Of a stretch of 64,000 nucleotides of DNA, positions 13,127 to 28,531 are shown piece by piece. The stretch lies in assembly GCA_951406725.2 (NCBI GenBank), contig OX597824.1, positions 98,952,001 to 99,016,000 on the forward strand, in the 5' to 3' direction. Each line of letters begins with the position of its first letter. Position 1 is the stretch's first letter. The translations under genes were made by a program, and so were the position numbers. The stretch comes from Octopus vulgaris. Its lineage: Eukaryota. Under the pieces are notes generated by a model. It searched no databases and had not been told where the DNA came from. It saw nothing but the letters and a program-made list of their open reading frames with translations.

Positions 13127-15509
13127 TAATAATATATTATTATTAATATCAGGAAATCGATATTAGAAGATTCTTCAGAAAGATATACATGTGTGTAAAA
13201 TAATTGTTGTATTAAAAATATATAAATATGTATAAAAATATATGTAAATATGTATAAGTATAAATATATAATGTATATAACAGTTTAAAAGTTTTGAATT
13301 AAGTATTTAAAGCATCTTATGAAGTGCTGTCCCTCGTATAATGAAATCTTATATTGATAAGTCTAATATAACCATTTCAGATAGAGTAAGAAACTAAAGC
13401 CAAAACCAGATGATAAAACCTTCTTCTGCCATATTCCACACTGATAGTTGTTGCTTCTTTCTAAACTTTCAACCAACTTTCTGTTTCTCAAAGTTGTATT
13501 ATCTGACAGAACACAGAAGATCTTTCTCTAAACAGAATCTCACTCTTGGAGTAACTTATTTACCAAACTAACAGGTTTCATTCTTATTGAATCTTATAAT
13601 AAACTATAGACTGCAGACAACACCAACAGAGAATGGCATTTTAGATTGGCTTGGAACTTGACAAAAAGTCACTTTTATATGACAGTTTACTGACTGAAGT
13701 TGTATGAATATGTGTGTGTGTGTGTGTGTATGTAACAGTACACTGACTAAAGTGATATTTAAATGAATATCTATATGTGTGTATATGATAAAGAATATTT
13801 AATAAAATGGTGTTTAACCGAGAGGTTCTAATGGTGTTAAGATATTAGTTATTTAGTGTCACACACGAGTTTACAGATCTAGTGAAATGAGTGTTTTAGT
13901 ATGACTCAGTGATGTTTACATTGTGTTGTGGCCCCAATGCTTTGACTCAACAATCTAAACCAAAAAGGTTACAGTAGTAGTGCTTCTTCATAGAATATAT
14001 GAAGACAATGGTTAAAGGTGTATGATGAGAGCAAAGAGACACTGTTGGCCACTTGATACAGCCAACACTGTCATCTTGTGTCAAAGATCAATAAAAGAGA
14101 AAAAGACACAGAGTTTATTTCTGAAATAGCTCTGGGAATTCCAGCAGGTTTTAGAAAATAAAGAAGGGATTAGACTAACTAGTTCATCCAAACTCAAGTA
14201 CTAGAGTTTTATGAGAGAAAACTAGCAAAAGAGTAGAAGAAATGTTGGTAGACAAATAACAGAGATGAGAGTAAGTGCAAGAATTACATGCAAAAAAAAA
14301 ATGGAGAAATGATTAGAATATAAGATATGAGAAATAAAAGAATGATAATGAAGACTGCGAAAGATGAAAGAGTTGGGGATAACGATGAAGAAGTCCAGTT
14401 ATATTTACTGGATCAGCCATTAATTTCATAGTGATAGAGAGAGAGGAGAGGAGAGGAGAGAGACAGAGATAGTGTGCAGAGAGGAATTAGAAGCATACGA
14501 CAACTGAGCTTGAAACCACAATGGCAGGTGTGCTGGCAAATTTAAGAAGAAAAAAAAATTAAAAAATACACACAAAGACAAAAAAAATATCTACAGAGAG
14601 ATAGAGACAGTTATATGTGTCTTACGTGCTGACATTCTGGGCTCTGATGTTCAGAAATGAGAGAGAAAAAAAAGATAGATTTATTGATAAAAACTTTAGA
14701 AATGGTTTTGATACAATATGACATGAAGATATTAAAACAAATATTTATATAATCAAAACAACACTGGGATAGGGGTTGTTAATGGTTCAACAAGAGGAAC
14801 ATAAAAGGAAACAAACTGAACAAATTGGTAAATTTCTGATGAAATATATTAATAATAATAATAATAAAAATATTACCTTATTATCTAGAAGAGATACCAA
14901 ATTTATGGAAGAAGAAAACCAAGAATATTATTAATACCCAAGTTGTTCTCAATAAATCTAAAACATGTCTGAAAGCAATTCCATCTCTCAATTTAAAATT
15001 CTCACGAAACCAAAGTAATCAATAAAATTTGATTACTATTTCGTTAATCCAAAATTAATTGTAAGAATTGACTAGAGAGAAAAAAAAATCTTTGGAGAGG
15101 TTAATGAGAACAAATAACTCCTTTTATTAATGGATCTGTAATGATATCTTGTTGAGGAGAAGCACAACTAAACTCTCCCAGCTCCTTTGGAATGACATGT
15201 TGATCGAGTGAAGACTAAATTCTCCGAATGATTCTTCTGCAAAGAACATCCAAAGTGGAGAATCAGTTTACACATAACATTTCAGTCAGAGGATCATTTT
15301 CGGCACTGGTAACTTCATATTTACAATATTTTTACAAATATATTCTATTTCAACAATCACCAATCATCATCATCATCATCATCAGATGTCTTATTTCCAG
15401 ACATTTAAAGGGTCATTAACAGGACACATCACTTATTCTAGTCAACAGATATATGTTACTAATGCTACCAATCTGAATACAGTCAGCTCAATGTGTGCAT
15501 ATGTATGAG

Positions 15510-15540
<31 letters not shown>

Positions 15541-17617
15541 AGCATCTGTTTTCCATGCTGGCACATATTTATTTGAGTACCAACACTTCCATGTGGCACA
15601 CTCAAACGATTGTGAAGATCTCTACACATAAAACTATTGGTTGTGTTGTTAACCCACAAATAAAGAATATTTATCCCCCAGTGCAGTGCCGAGCACTCAT
15701 TCTCACTGTTTGGATATTAGCACACACAAGAACAGAGTAGAGATAAATAGTTTGGAATATATTAAATCTAAACAGCAACTATATTAATATGAAACATTTA
15801 ACCAAACTATTTCATCTTCAAATGCAGAGTTAATCAATCCTAAAAACATTAGTTGAACATCTGTTATTATTATCCAATTCTAAAACACACAGCTAGATAC
15901 ATTACTATAGAATACATTATTATATCAATACACACACATATCCAAATTAATATATGTACTTCATTAGTGATTAGTAAACACACAGGCACATACAGGCCTC
16001 TTTGAACAAGGAACATTCCCCTTCCCTCATCTTTCCAACATGGATGATGCAAATATTGCTGCCAACACATCAAACTTATTTTGCTAAATATGCAACAGGT
16101 TTATATTTCTCAGAATTTTAGTTTAAACATAATTTAAAATGATTTCTTAAACATCCATGGTAGGACACGTGATGAAAGAGAATTCATACAATTCAGAAGG
16201 ACAATTCTATGGTTAAGGAATTGCTTCGTGCTACCAACATTACTGCATTGCATGGGAATCATACTCTTTCACTGGCTTCAATAATTGGACAGTTGCCAGA
16301 GTGGTGTAGCATGGGCACAGCCACAGGAGTTGTTGCTCTGAGCACTAAGGTTTTAGTAGTGTAAAATTTCAAAAGGTAAAAAAAAAAAAAAAATAGTGAT
16401 AGTAAATAGAAGGAAAATAAGGTGCTAGCAACCCATGCTATGCCAGTCGGTGGCCATGCTGGGGCATGGTGGATCGGAATAACACTCAAAACTATATTTG
16501 TGCTTTTAAGAGCCACACCAAGCAGCACAGTTATTTTCCCCTTCACCACAAATAGTGTAGTTTGTCAGGAAGGACTGAATATAGCCCCAGGCTTTGACCA
16601 GGGGAAGGTCAAGGGTCAGTTGTTGTTATTGTTTGGAAAATCGATTACATCAACTCCAATGCTCAACTAATATTTTAATTACCCCGAAATGATGAAAGGC
16701 AAAGACAACTTAGACAAAATGCTGCCATGCCTTTTGCCTGGTCTGTCAACGATTCTGCCAGCTTGCTGCCTTGAGTCAGGCTAATATCAGAGAGACGAGA
16801 GAGGGAAGAGAGTTACCATTAAATTTCCTTTAATTTCTCTTCACAAGGGAAGTAAAAAGAGAATATTTCAAATTCTGTTTTAAAAAATCCCTATAAAATA
16901 TGGAGATTTTCAAGGAGTTTCATTGTATCAGTTCAGCAAGTTGTCAGGGAGATTTACCCACAGCTTCTGGGGAAATCAGCTGTGTTAGAGCAGTACCCTC
17001 CCTACAGTGGAACTGAAAATATTAGTTGTAAAAGAGTAGGACCCTCCCTACAGTGGAACTGAAAATATTAGTTGTAAAAGAGTAGGACCCTCTTACCAAG
17101 AAACCAAAGTAGCATCTCTCAAAGTTTAGTAAACAGTCACATTGACTATACTGGCAAAGATACACAGACTCAGTCCACCTAGCTGTAAACAGGTATCATT
17201 CACAGCTAGAAGCAATAAGAACTCTATTGTTTTACTGGAATCCTTTTTGTGATGTAATGCAGACAAGGGCGAACTCAAAATCAGATCTTTCTAATATTGG
17301 CCTCTGAAATGTTGTTTAGACCTATGTCAGCTCTGATCAAAAATACTCCAACCATGACCATCCATGTAGAACTTTATTTTCTAATGTGTCCTTTTCTTCA
17401 AAGTGGCAGGATGTGAGTTGAAGATTTGGCTGTTATGCAATGTACAGGAATGGAAGATAGTGTATGGGGGGGGGGGAAGGGGAAGACAAAAGAAAAAGAA
17501 AAATGGTAGATGGATGGATAAAAGATAGAAATAGAGACAGATAGACAGAAGATAGATAGATAGGTAGAGAGCTCGCATGCAAGATAATAAGATAGGTATA
17601 TAGCTATACTTGTGTGA

Positions 17618-17660
<43 letters not shown>

Positions 17661-19820
17661 CATATAGACCGTAACTTACTTAGTAGTTAGATAATCAGAA
17701 CTAATTAGAGAAATAGATATAAAGAGAGAGAGAGATATGTATTACTTACTCTGCAGTTTACGACATAACTCCCTCATTGTATCTGGCTTGTCAAAACTAG
17801 TTCGAAGTAGCTGTAAAGTTTCCTTATTGGCAATAACAAGTTTCTAAATAGAGAAAGAGAAAGAAAATGAAAACCTAATATTAAATACACTGGAAAACTT
17901 TGCAAATTCCATCATTTTACAAAAGTGTGACAGGGATTTCAATATCCCATGTCAAAAGAATTACTGGGAGAGGACAAAAATCTCACCAGTGTTTACACTT
18001 GACCAATATTCTTAATCGCAGACCCCAATCATCACCATTATAATGTGAATCCCATTGCTAGCAGCAGACCAATGTCCCAGAGGTGTTGAGCTGACAGACC
18101 CAGGACGCTTAGCTTTCAATAACTCATTCAGTCAGAGTGCGGTCAGAGCAGGCTACACATCTCCCCAATGTCCAGCCTACTTTTGTACATCTGATGGTGG
18201 TGACTGACAAGGATGGATTTAGCTGCAACATAACAGATTTTTTGTCCCCTTTGTACTTGTCAATGGTCATATACATTACGTTGTAGTTTTGAGGATAAAT
18301 AAGTCTGGGGAGTTAATGGCAGAGATTCTGTTGCAAATTGGACTTTTGTTGGCTACAAATGTTACAAAACATTTATCATTTATGATGTGTGTATCATCAT
18401 CATTATCACCATTTAACATCCGTTTTTCAATGCTGGCATGGGTTGGACAGCTTGACAAGAACTGTCAAGCCAGAAGACCCCACCAAGTTCTTTGTCTGCT
18501 TTCGCATTCCTTCTACAGCTTTCTAATGCCAACCACTTAAGAGTGTATTGGGCGCTTTTTGCATGACACCAGCATTGGTGAGGTTGCCAAGTCCCTGTAA
18601 GATAAGACCCCCCCCTCATCTGAGTGGGGTATAGACTATGATAGCAGGAGAGAAGCAAGTATCTTGCTGAAAAGGTGAATGCATGGCTTGCCCACCTGGA
18701 AGGTGACATAAACACACGTGTATGTATATATATCATCATTTAACGTCCGTTTTCCATGCTGGCATGGGCTGGATGGTTTGACAGGAGCTGACCATCTGAA
18801 GGGCTGTTTCCTGTCTGTTTTAGCATGGTTTCTATGGCTGGATGCCCTTCCTAATGCCAACCACTTTACAGAGTGTACTGGTCACTTTTATGCAGCATTG
18901 GCACAGGTACTCTTTACATGACACCAGCACTTAGGAGCCCATGAGATTAGGGATGCTCAGGTGGAAAGGGCTGCAGGGGGTGAGCCTGTATGCAAGGACA
19001 ACAATACTTTTCCTTAGCTTGATGTGTCTTTTAGGGCACAGCAAACCGCCAGGAGTCTCAATGTCTGTAGATCTGTTCCCACCACTTTGTCCCACATCTT
19101 CCTGGGTCTACCCCTTCCACACGTTCCCTCTACATATATATTTCCTATATCAAAGACGACAAATTCTCATCTGAGCATATTTGGCTGTGAGTAGATGCCA
19201 TTGGAAAGGTCCAAAATGTGTGAAATGCATCTATGTACATGATGTTGGTAAAAAAATTCTTCTACCTAATAGCAAGGCTGTCGAAGCAAGAGCAAACAAA
19301 GAAACAATAAAAACCAATATAAAATAATAAAATACTAAAACCTTAAGTTCATCTACTTGGTTGGCCACATGAATCATCAACCTTTCGGACATGTATTTCA
19401 TTCCATAGGGACCAATAAGTTCTGCCAGAGCTTTTAACTCTGAAAAAGGAAACAGAAAACAGTTTAATAGGGATTTTAAATACTAAAAAGCAGAGTATTG
19501 TGGTAGCTGATTGACCTAAGTATATGACAGGTATCATTTTAGCAGCCCTGGGAGATTGAATGGTAAAGTTAACCCTCAGCAGAAAGATTTGAAATCAAGT
19601 CAAACATACAAACTGACATGTTAGGTATGCATCACACATACATATACAGGGGTACATATACGTACACATACATATATGTATGTACACAGGAGTGGCTATG
19701 TGGTAAGAAGCTAGCTACCGAATCACATGGTTCCAGGTTCAGCCCCAGTGTGTGGCACCTTGGGCAAGTGTCTTCTACTATAACCTCGGGCTGATCAAAA
19801 CCTTGGAAACTGAAAGAAGC

Positions 19821-19882
<62 letters not shown>

Positions 19883-22800
19883 CATGGTGTCCCAGAAGTC
19901 GTGCACTATTCTGGTTTTCATTAAAAATTATTAAAGCAATTTATTTTATTATATTTTTCAACATGTTTTATTGTAGAGGGAGCTCAATTTGCACATTTGT
20001 TATGATTAATTTCAATAATGTGTTTTTGAAATCAGTAAGGGTGTATTCTTTTAAAAAACCAGGGTGGTGCGCGACTTCTGGGACACCCTGTATATATATA
20101 TATATATATATAACTGAAGCTGATAAAAGATACATACATCGATATATGTACACAACTGTAGTGGTTCAATCAAATGAACTGCCTCCTCATTATATAACAA
20201 CTGAAGTGGTTGTGTACACCATGGACATTAATATCGTTAATGTAATTTTCAGATGGTTTGGCAAAGTATTTATGTGATGGTTGTCCCTTTGAGACCATCT
20301 AATGGACTTATGCAAGTCCATCTTTGTTGACCCCATTTTACTTATGAATCTTGAGTTAACCTGAAGCTAGAGTTTCAAACATTTGCCCAAGCTGCTACAC
20401 AAGGATTTTGAACCTGGGACCTCATGATTTCATATGCGTTTTGTATACACATGACATCCATGTCCATCTATGCTTTTGTATACAGACACTGGCATGTACA
20501 CTGGACAAGTGACTAAGTTGCTATATGTGAGGCTGAGGCAATGTATCAAACTCCACTTGTTGTTGTGGGATTAGAAGAGACAGGGCAGAGGTAAGAGGCT
20601 AAATAAGGGCTCACCTGTTAGATCGGCATATTCCTCAGCTATGAAAGGAACTTGTCCTTCGGTGGTCAGACTCACAAAAGCCTTCTGGTTAGGAGAGTAG
20701 ACAATTTGGCCAATATTACAGGTTACTTTCCACATGAGAACTTCAAGATACCTGAAAGAAGACAGAGTAGTAACAACGATAGGATTCTCAGAATGTTGTG
20801 ACACAGAGTAGCATGTAACACAAAATAGTGTAACATAGAATGTTGTGACATAGATTTAGTGACAGAGAATGTAATCAAACAAAACAGACACAGAATGTAG
20901 TGACACCGGAGAGAAAAAGAAAGAGAGACAGACAGACAGAGTTAGTTACTTACCAGACTGTATAATTGAAGGTAATTGTTTTCTCACCACTGAAGCCATC
21001 TGATGGCTGAGTTTGTTGAGGTAGAACATTGTTGAAAACCCGAGCAATATCAATAGACACTGGAATTAATTAGCAAATTATTAATTAGATATAAAAAAAA
21101 ATAATTAACTAAAAAAGCAAGTACAGTTAAGAAATTTCATTACAATAATAAGTTTGTGGATAGAAAGTGACAGAAAGAAGACATGAACATGAATGAGAGA
21201 CCGTGATGGTGCCACACTAATTGCATTGAATTAGTGTGGCACCAACAGAGCATGCTTAGAAATGAAAGAAAAATCATGTTTTAAAAAAGAAGGCCAGTTG
21301 TGTCAGGTAAGATATGAGGCCAACATCACCAGCCTTATCCTAAGTTCTCGATGCTCTCCAAGACATTCTCCCAACTTACCATAATTCTCAATGCTCTGTA
21401 AGACATTCATCATCGCCCGTACACCACTCAGTAGTTCTGATGGTTTAGCTATTTCATTAGTTTCCGGGTTATACATCATCATTCCAACCAAAGCCCTACA
21501 AAAATAAACAACAACATTAGTACAAAGACATATATTTCAATAGAAAGGGTGTTTAAGCTGACTGCATTAATCTCAATAAATTACAGGTATTTATTTTGTG
21601 ATCTGGCAAGGATTTCAGTGGTATCTCAACTCAGCACTAAATATTTCCATTTTCCCCACCCATTGAAAAAGTTATAATAATTTCTTACACAAACACAAAA
21701 CCAGGAAAGTCAGGCTGGGGTGGAACAGTTGATGAGGTTAACTCTAGTTCTTGAATATGTTATTGCTTTTGACCTCAAAGAGATTAAATGCAAACTTGAC
21801 CCCAGCAAGGTTAGAACTCAGAATGTAAAGAACCAAAACAAATATCACAAAGTATTTTGTTTGCCCCTTAAACAATGTTGCCATTCCACCAATCTTGATA
21901 ATAACAATGTTTCTAACATAGGCAAGAAGCCTTAAATATGGGGAGAACAAGTTGTTGGTCAATCACATCAACCCTGACAACTTGACTGATCCTTTACTTT
22001 ATCTGCCCCACAGAGATGAAAGGCCAAGTTGATTCTGGAGGGGTTTGAACTCACAACATAAAGAGGGGGAACAGAGAAGGAGATGTGGAAGAAACAAAGG
22101 AACTATCAACCATTTTTCTGTCAGAATATGACTGCAATTAGCAAAGAGCAAAGACCCAAAACAAATATAAGGAGGAGGCAGTGTTACATCTGCATCAGAG
22201 TTATGAAATGACAAGTGGGAAGCGGTTATTGAAACACTGATGTCACCATCTTCTGGGATATGACCATCCCTGATGACCGAGAGGAATAACAACCGACAAG
22301 TTTTCATCTCTCTAGTATCAAAGACAAGAAGAGGGGGGTGGATATTAACATTGCAATACCTTCTGAAAGAAACATTTCCATGAAAGTCACAGAGAAGCTG
22401 ACCAAGTACGATGATCTGGAGATTTAAATTAATAGGTTGTGGAATATCAGGTGAGGTTGGGAAGTGGGGGGGGGGGTCATGCACAGCTGCATTCACCATT
22501 TGTTGATATATTCCTTGGCCCTTTTAGGTGACCCGTCAACCAGAGCCCCAGTCAGTCCCAATCTCTGCAAGATACCTCATGTTGTGGAACATGAAGACCA
22601 AAATAATACCAGTGATTATTGGGGCACTAGGACTTATGATGAAGAAGGGAAATGGAAAAGTCCACCAACCATGGACTGGTTTATGAAGTCTAGATCTGGA
22701 CATATCAGCTGAGGGTCTCCGACACATGACGGAAGGTCCTCAGCATCACTCCACAAGCCACCAATACTGAAGCAGCAGAGGAATGTATGCAGAATGGTTT

Positions 22801-25610
22801 CATTGTCCAGCATACATCTTAGGATTTGTGGGAATTATGGATGGCTTTCAGACCTCCATTCCTCCAGACCAGATCAGCCAGTTGGTTTTCTTCAACTCTC
22901 AGAGTTTCCTCAAGAATGGTGTCATTTCTGCTTGCAACCAATCCCCTTTTCAATGCCAACCTGGATTTTCCATCTCCTAGCAGAGGGTTGTGGGAGGCTG
23001 CCAATATTTCAGACACCAAAGGGAGTAAACAACTGGCAGAATCATTAGCAAGCTGGGCAAAATGCTTGGTGGTATTTCGTTCACCTTTATGTTCTGAGTT
23101 CAAACTCTACCAATGTTGACTTTGTCTTTCATCTTTTCAGAGTTGATAAAGTAAGTACCAGTTGAACACTGGGGTCAATGTAATTGTGGTTGATGTTGCT
23201 GCTAACTATTTCAGAAGGTGGTGAAGATGGTGGGGCTTTCATGGTTGCAATCCAATGCTCTGCATGCTTTCTTTTTTTACTGCTGTTGTTTGAAGTCTGG
23301 TGCAGGCTCCTGCCTGGCCAGACCTTGTGAAACTGTCCCACCCATGCCAGCATGGAAAGCAGACATTAAACGATGAGGATGATGATGATGATGATGATGA
23401 TGTTGTTAATTGTTGTTGTGAGGGTGGTGGTGGTGGTGACAGTGATGTCGAACAGGTGGCTGTTCGCATTGTCTGGTATGTTGTTGTTGTTGTTCTTTCC
23501 ATTTATGTAACTTTTTGCATTTTGTACTTTGAGGAGAGAAGAGACATCATTTGGCCTCCTTTCAAAGCAATCTCACACTTCTTCCTTGTTAAAGACATTT
23601 CCATCTTTTGAATTTGTATTCTTCAAAAACAAAAATTTCAGAATTGTAAAAAAACTTTTTGCCTTAGTCCCTTCGGTTCTTGGTTAGTGTAACAACAGGA
23701 ACACGACAGACATTAACAAGGAATTTGTATGTAGAATGTAGATATACAAATAAAGCAAGACTTGTAGAGAGCACTTAAGTTGTTGATACAATGAATGGTA
23801 GCGGTGGTGGTGATGGTGATGTTTGATATTGATGATGGTGTTGGTGGTGGTGGTGGTGGTGAAGGTGATTGTATTGGCCTGAATTGCTTTCAAAAAGATT
23901 GCAGTGGAATGTTTAAGGTAAACCTTATTACAGATACTTACTTGTTGAATCTGGCTTCCAGTAGCTGCAGGAAGAATTCTCTTGGTACAAATCCATGATC
24001 ACGGACTTGGATGATGTTACAATAATTGAGGGCAAAACAAAGTTCTGTAAGCGCCATATGCAGTTTATCCATTCTGGTAAAAAATAAAAAATAAAAATAT
24101 ATTTAGCAAACACTACATAAAACACGATGATGAGATTCAACATGAAAATAGCATTTTTTTTTTAATCCATAAAAACATAAAAGAAGTGTAAAATGTAAAG
24201 AATTTACACCAATATATAACTGGTATCAACTCTAGAGAGATTTGATCTGAAGGTTAAAAAGGACAGATTGAAGTCGTGTAGGATGATATTTGTTTTGATA
24301 CAAAATAATTAGGATTCTTTATATAGACCTGAAGAGTTAGAAATGAAAAATGGGAGCTGTGACAGTCATGCATTTCCAAAGGACATTAGTAATGTTAGTG
24401 GTTTCAAATGAAGGTAAAAACAAAATTACAAACTGTGACCAATGATAACTGACGCCAATTCAGATTTAGTTACAATTAAATTACAATTTAGTACAGAAAG
24501 AGAGCAAGCCACCTGGTGTCATAGAGACGCTTCATCATGTCTGCACAGGTAGGTGACCATCTCCTAGTCATTATGCCACCTTGTCTGGCATTAGGAAAGG
24601 CATACAGCTGTAGAAAGATGCCTTGGGATACAATGTGGTCCTTGGACCTGTTGGATCCTTTCAAACCATCCAACCCACGCCAGCATTGGATATGAATGTT
24701 AAATGATGATGATGATGTCACCACGTCCCACATGAAACAGGCTGTCATCATGCTAACCATCTTCCAACATGTTACTGATGAGTCCAGTTGTGGTCAGTCC
24801 CACCCAGTTCTTCCCTGCCACATCCCTACCCACACAGTACTCACCGAGTGAAGTTCTCTCTGTTTTTACGTATACTCTCTGTACCAGGTTTCTCCGGTTC
24901 CTGAATGGCTTTGTTCTTCTTGTCTTTGGCTTTCCTACGTTGGTAAGATTGGCTGATAGACACTGCACTATGCTTGGGCAGCAGCTGTGGAAAAGAGACA
25001 CAGAAATTACTTTCAGGGCCCTACGGGACTGCAGAAGACATCACAGAATATATTCTACTCTTTAGCATACAGTTTGATAATAAACACACACACACACACA
25101 TTCTTAGTGATAGTTAAAGTGGAGAGATGTGGTAAAACTGCTACTTACTTTGTAACTGAGTTGACACTGCTCTTCACAGATGTGTGTAATTACTTGGTTG
25201 ACCTCCTCAGAGATATCCTTCAGGAACCAATGAGCATACTGTACACTACTGGTGCCTATGGAATGTCTCTGCACAAACAAACCGAAATGCATATATAATT
25301 ATACATACACACACACACATATATGGATGTCGGTATATTGTACAAATATGTAGAAAGCAAAATACACTGTCCGGTACATAGATTTGTGCTTGCAAGAAAT
25401 GGTTGGTGGGTGATAGAGATGGGGTGATTAGAGAGAGGGGTAGGTGTGACAGAAGTGGTTGGTGTTAGGAAAAATAATATAATCATTGTAAGTAGTTTAG
25501 TGTCAAGGTTCTGTAAAATGTGAGTTGGATGTCTTCATAGATATAGAGATTAGCAAACATTTGTTCCATAGACATCTATAGAAAATAGATAAATACATTC
25601 TTGTATATAT

Positions 25611-25647
<37 letters not shown>

Positions 25648-28471
25648 TACACTATATTGTTTTTGTTAGCTAAAACAGAAATAAATATTTAACAAATCCT
25701 AATTGAATCTATAATGTAATAATTAATAATTGGAGAGAGAAAAGATTCCTGTCAACTTTCTGTCCACAATATCATTATTATAACTTTTATGCTATAGAGA
25801 GAAAAATCTAGATGTGTGTCTCACTAGATGTGGTCTCTTCCTGATCAGTCCATTGTTTCTCACTAGACATAGTCTCCCTCTAGCCATTAGAGAGTGCATC
25901 ACTAGACATGGTTTCCCCTCTAGACATTAGAGAGTGCATCACTAGACATGGTTTCCCCTCTAGCCATTAGAGAGTGCATCACTAGACATGGTTTCCCCTC
26001 TAGACATTAGAGAGTGCATCACTAAAGACAGTCTCCCTCTAAAGGTTACAATACACATTTGTTCTCAAAACATCCAATGACTTTGTTGTTCCATTTACAT
26101 TTAACTATGGCTGCTCTGCTTTCTGTTTATTCCAAAAAGTAATGTCCACTGACCTTTTATTGTGTGTGCTGAATGTGTATGAGGGGCCACAGTCCAACAA
26201 TGGCTTTCAACTCAGTATGGGAACTGTTTTACTTGATGATATTACGCAAGTTTATAACATTGTTCGGTTGAACAGACTGAGGACTATTGATGCAATGCTA
26301 TTTCTCCAACTTTTGCCGATCTCAATTATCATTACTTTGTCAGGTTGACTAATTATAAATGCCAACCATTCTCTTTACAGAATTAACATTCGCAATATAT
26401 TTGTTCCATTTTGAAGATGTGAAGAAGCAATTTGAGGGAGATTTGCTACTATTTCTAGTAAGCCAGGTTCTCCTATTAGCTTGTGACTATCTCTTTAAGC
26501 ACATTTGAATTTGTACTCCTAGTATGATTTTGTACAGCAACGGCAAGTGAGTGTGTGAGATGTGGAAATGTTTGAAGGCGTTCTTACCTCTTCTGGACAT
26601 AAATCATGTGTAGCATTCATAAAATGTCCACATATCATAGGGAAGACAATGCTGTATCTGTGTTGGGCTGGGAACTCCATGCATAATTTGAACTGATGCT
26701 CAAACAAAGCAGTGTAAAAACTGAAAGCAGAAGAAATCTCATTAATGGAGCTGATCCAACTAGTTTCAATTAATGCAAAACTAAAACCCCAAAAAATCAC
26801 AATGAATCTTAAACATGCAACCCAGAAACAGGAAGCATAACAACCATTTATAGAAAAAAAAACCCCATCATGGTGTCTTTCTAATGACAAATTTGTCAAT
26901 GAAATACAGAAGGGAAAATGTTTAACAAATGTCTACTTTCCATGCTTTCTTAAAATTCTAAAACCAAATCAAATAAACAACGAAGTTTGTCATGTGAGGA
27001 CTGAAAGAAAAGCCAGTGTTTTGAAGAACGTCAAAGCTGGTGATGCTAATTCTGTTCAACCTAGAATTGATTCAAACAAAAAAGACTCAGTTCATAGGAA
27101 TTCTGGAGAAGTGAAAGTATGAAGAAAATGGTATGAACATCAACCAGAAAGCGTAACAGAGAACACCCAGTATAAGGTATCAGGGGACTTAAGGTATTAG
27201 GGGACTGATCACAAATTACATGCATGATGAACAGATATTATTGTTGTGGACAAGGGGAAGAAAAGAGTGCATCATCACAGATGTGGCAATATCTGTGGAG
27301 ATGAATGTAGCAGTGAAAGAAGAGGGAAATAGCAGGATTTGGCTAGGGAAATCTGAAGACTGTGGAGGGTTTCTAATAATCCCAGACGTTATAGGTACCC
27401 TGGGTACTGTCACCGACAGACTTGGCAGTTTCTCTACTGAGACTGGTGGAACTATTAAGTTGCATTAATTCAGAAATCTTCTCTATTGGAAACAGCAAGG
27501 AATGTAAGAAAGGTCCTTGATATCTAAGGTTGTGACTTGGTATCAAGGACACTGATTCTGAATGTAAAACATCCAGGCACACCATGAATAATAATAATAA
27601 TAATAATTGAAATACAAACAAAAGAAGATGAAAAAACAGTATTTGTTACAAGAGATGATGTAAGTAGAGTAGGAGGAGATCCAATGAAATCAACCATACC
27701 AATATATAGACAAATCAGCCGTTTCTATGAGCATTTCATCCAGATAATCCACCATTTTAGTATGAAACACAACCATATTTAAATGTTTTGCCATGTCACC
27801 CTGGTCTTGCAGTTTAATAGCTGATTTGCTCATACTAGTATATGCCTGGGGGGAGACAGAGAACAAGGTTAGACAGCTGGAAAAAAAAACAACAACAAAA
27901 TGAAAACAAAAATTTCTTTCTTACCTAAATACTTTTGATGTAACTTTTTAAGGTCCCTCATTTACACACACACACACACACTATCTTTCTGGGTTGCATT
28001 GTTCATGACTGTGGGGTAGGATATAAAGTTTACACTTTATACAATGGCATACTGACCTTGGAAGGTCTTCTGTACCATTATGAATTTAGTCCTGTCATTC
28101 AGACCAGTACAAAGACAATTGCCTTCTGATAAAATCCTTTAAATCCATTGATTGCAAACAGGGGAAGAATTAAAGATTGTCCCAGCCCTTTCATACTTAC
28201 ACATTAACAAGAACACTCTATTACAATCTCCATGTCTTTAAATTTTCGAAGACACCCCCCCCCCAACACACACATACACACACTCTTCCAAAGTCATGTA
28301 ACAATTTATTCTACACCACAACAATGAACAGCTCACCCCAGGATAAAATCTGAGCAGATTATCTGCCAACTTTTGATAAAATAAACATATCTTTCCAGTC
28401 TGTCCAGCTATTAAGTTCTGTATTGGATGATGTTTGCACTCTCTACAATGAATATATTCCTTATCTGTTTT

Positions 28472-28531
<60 letters not shown>

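Noticed and set aside
16817-16838. Short AG..GT segments (20/22 nt here, 8 nt near 14880, 16 nt at 62680-62695)
   Set aside because: Not multiples of 3. They show that chance microexon-like matches occur, which tempers confidence in the reported candidates.
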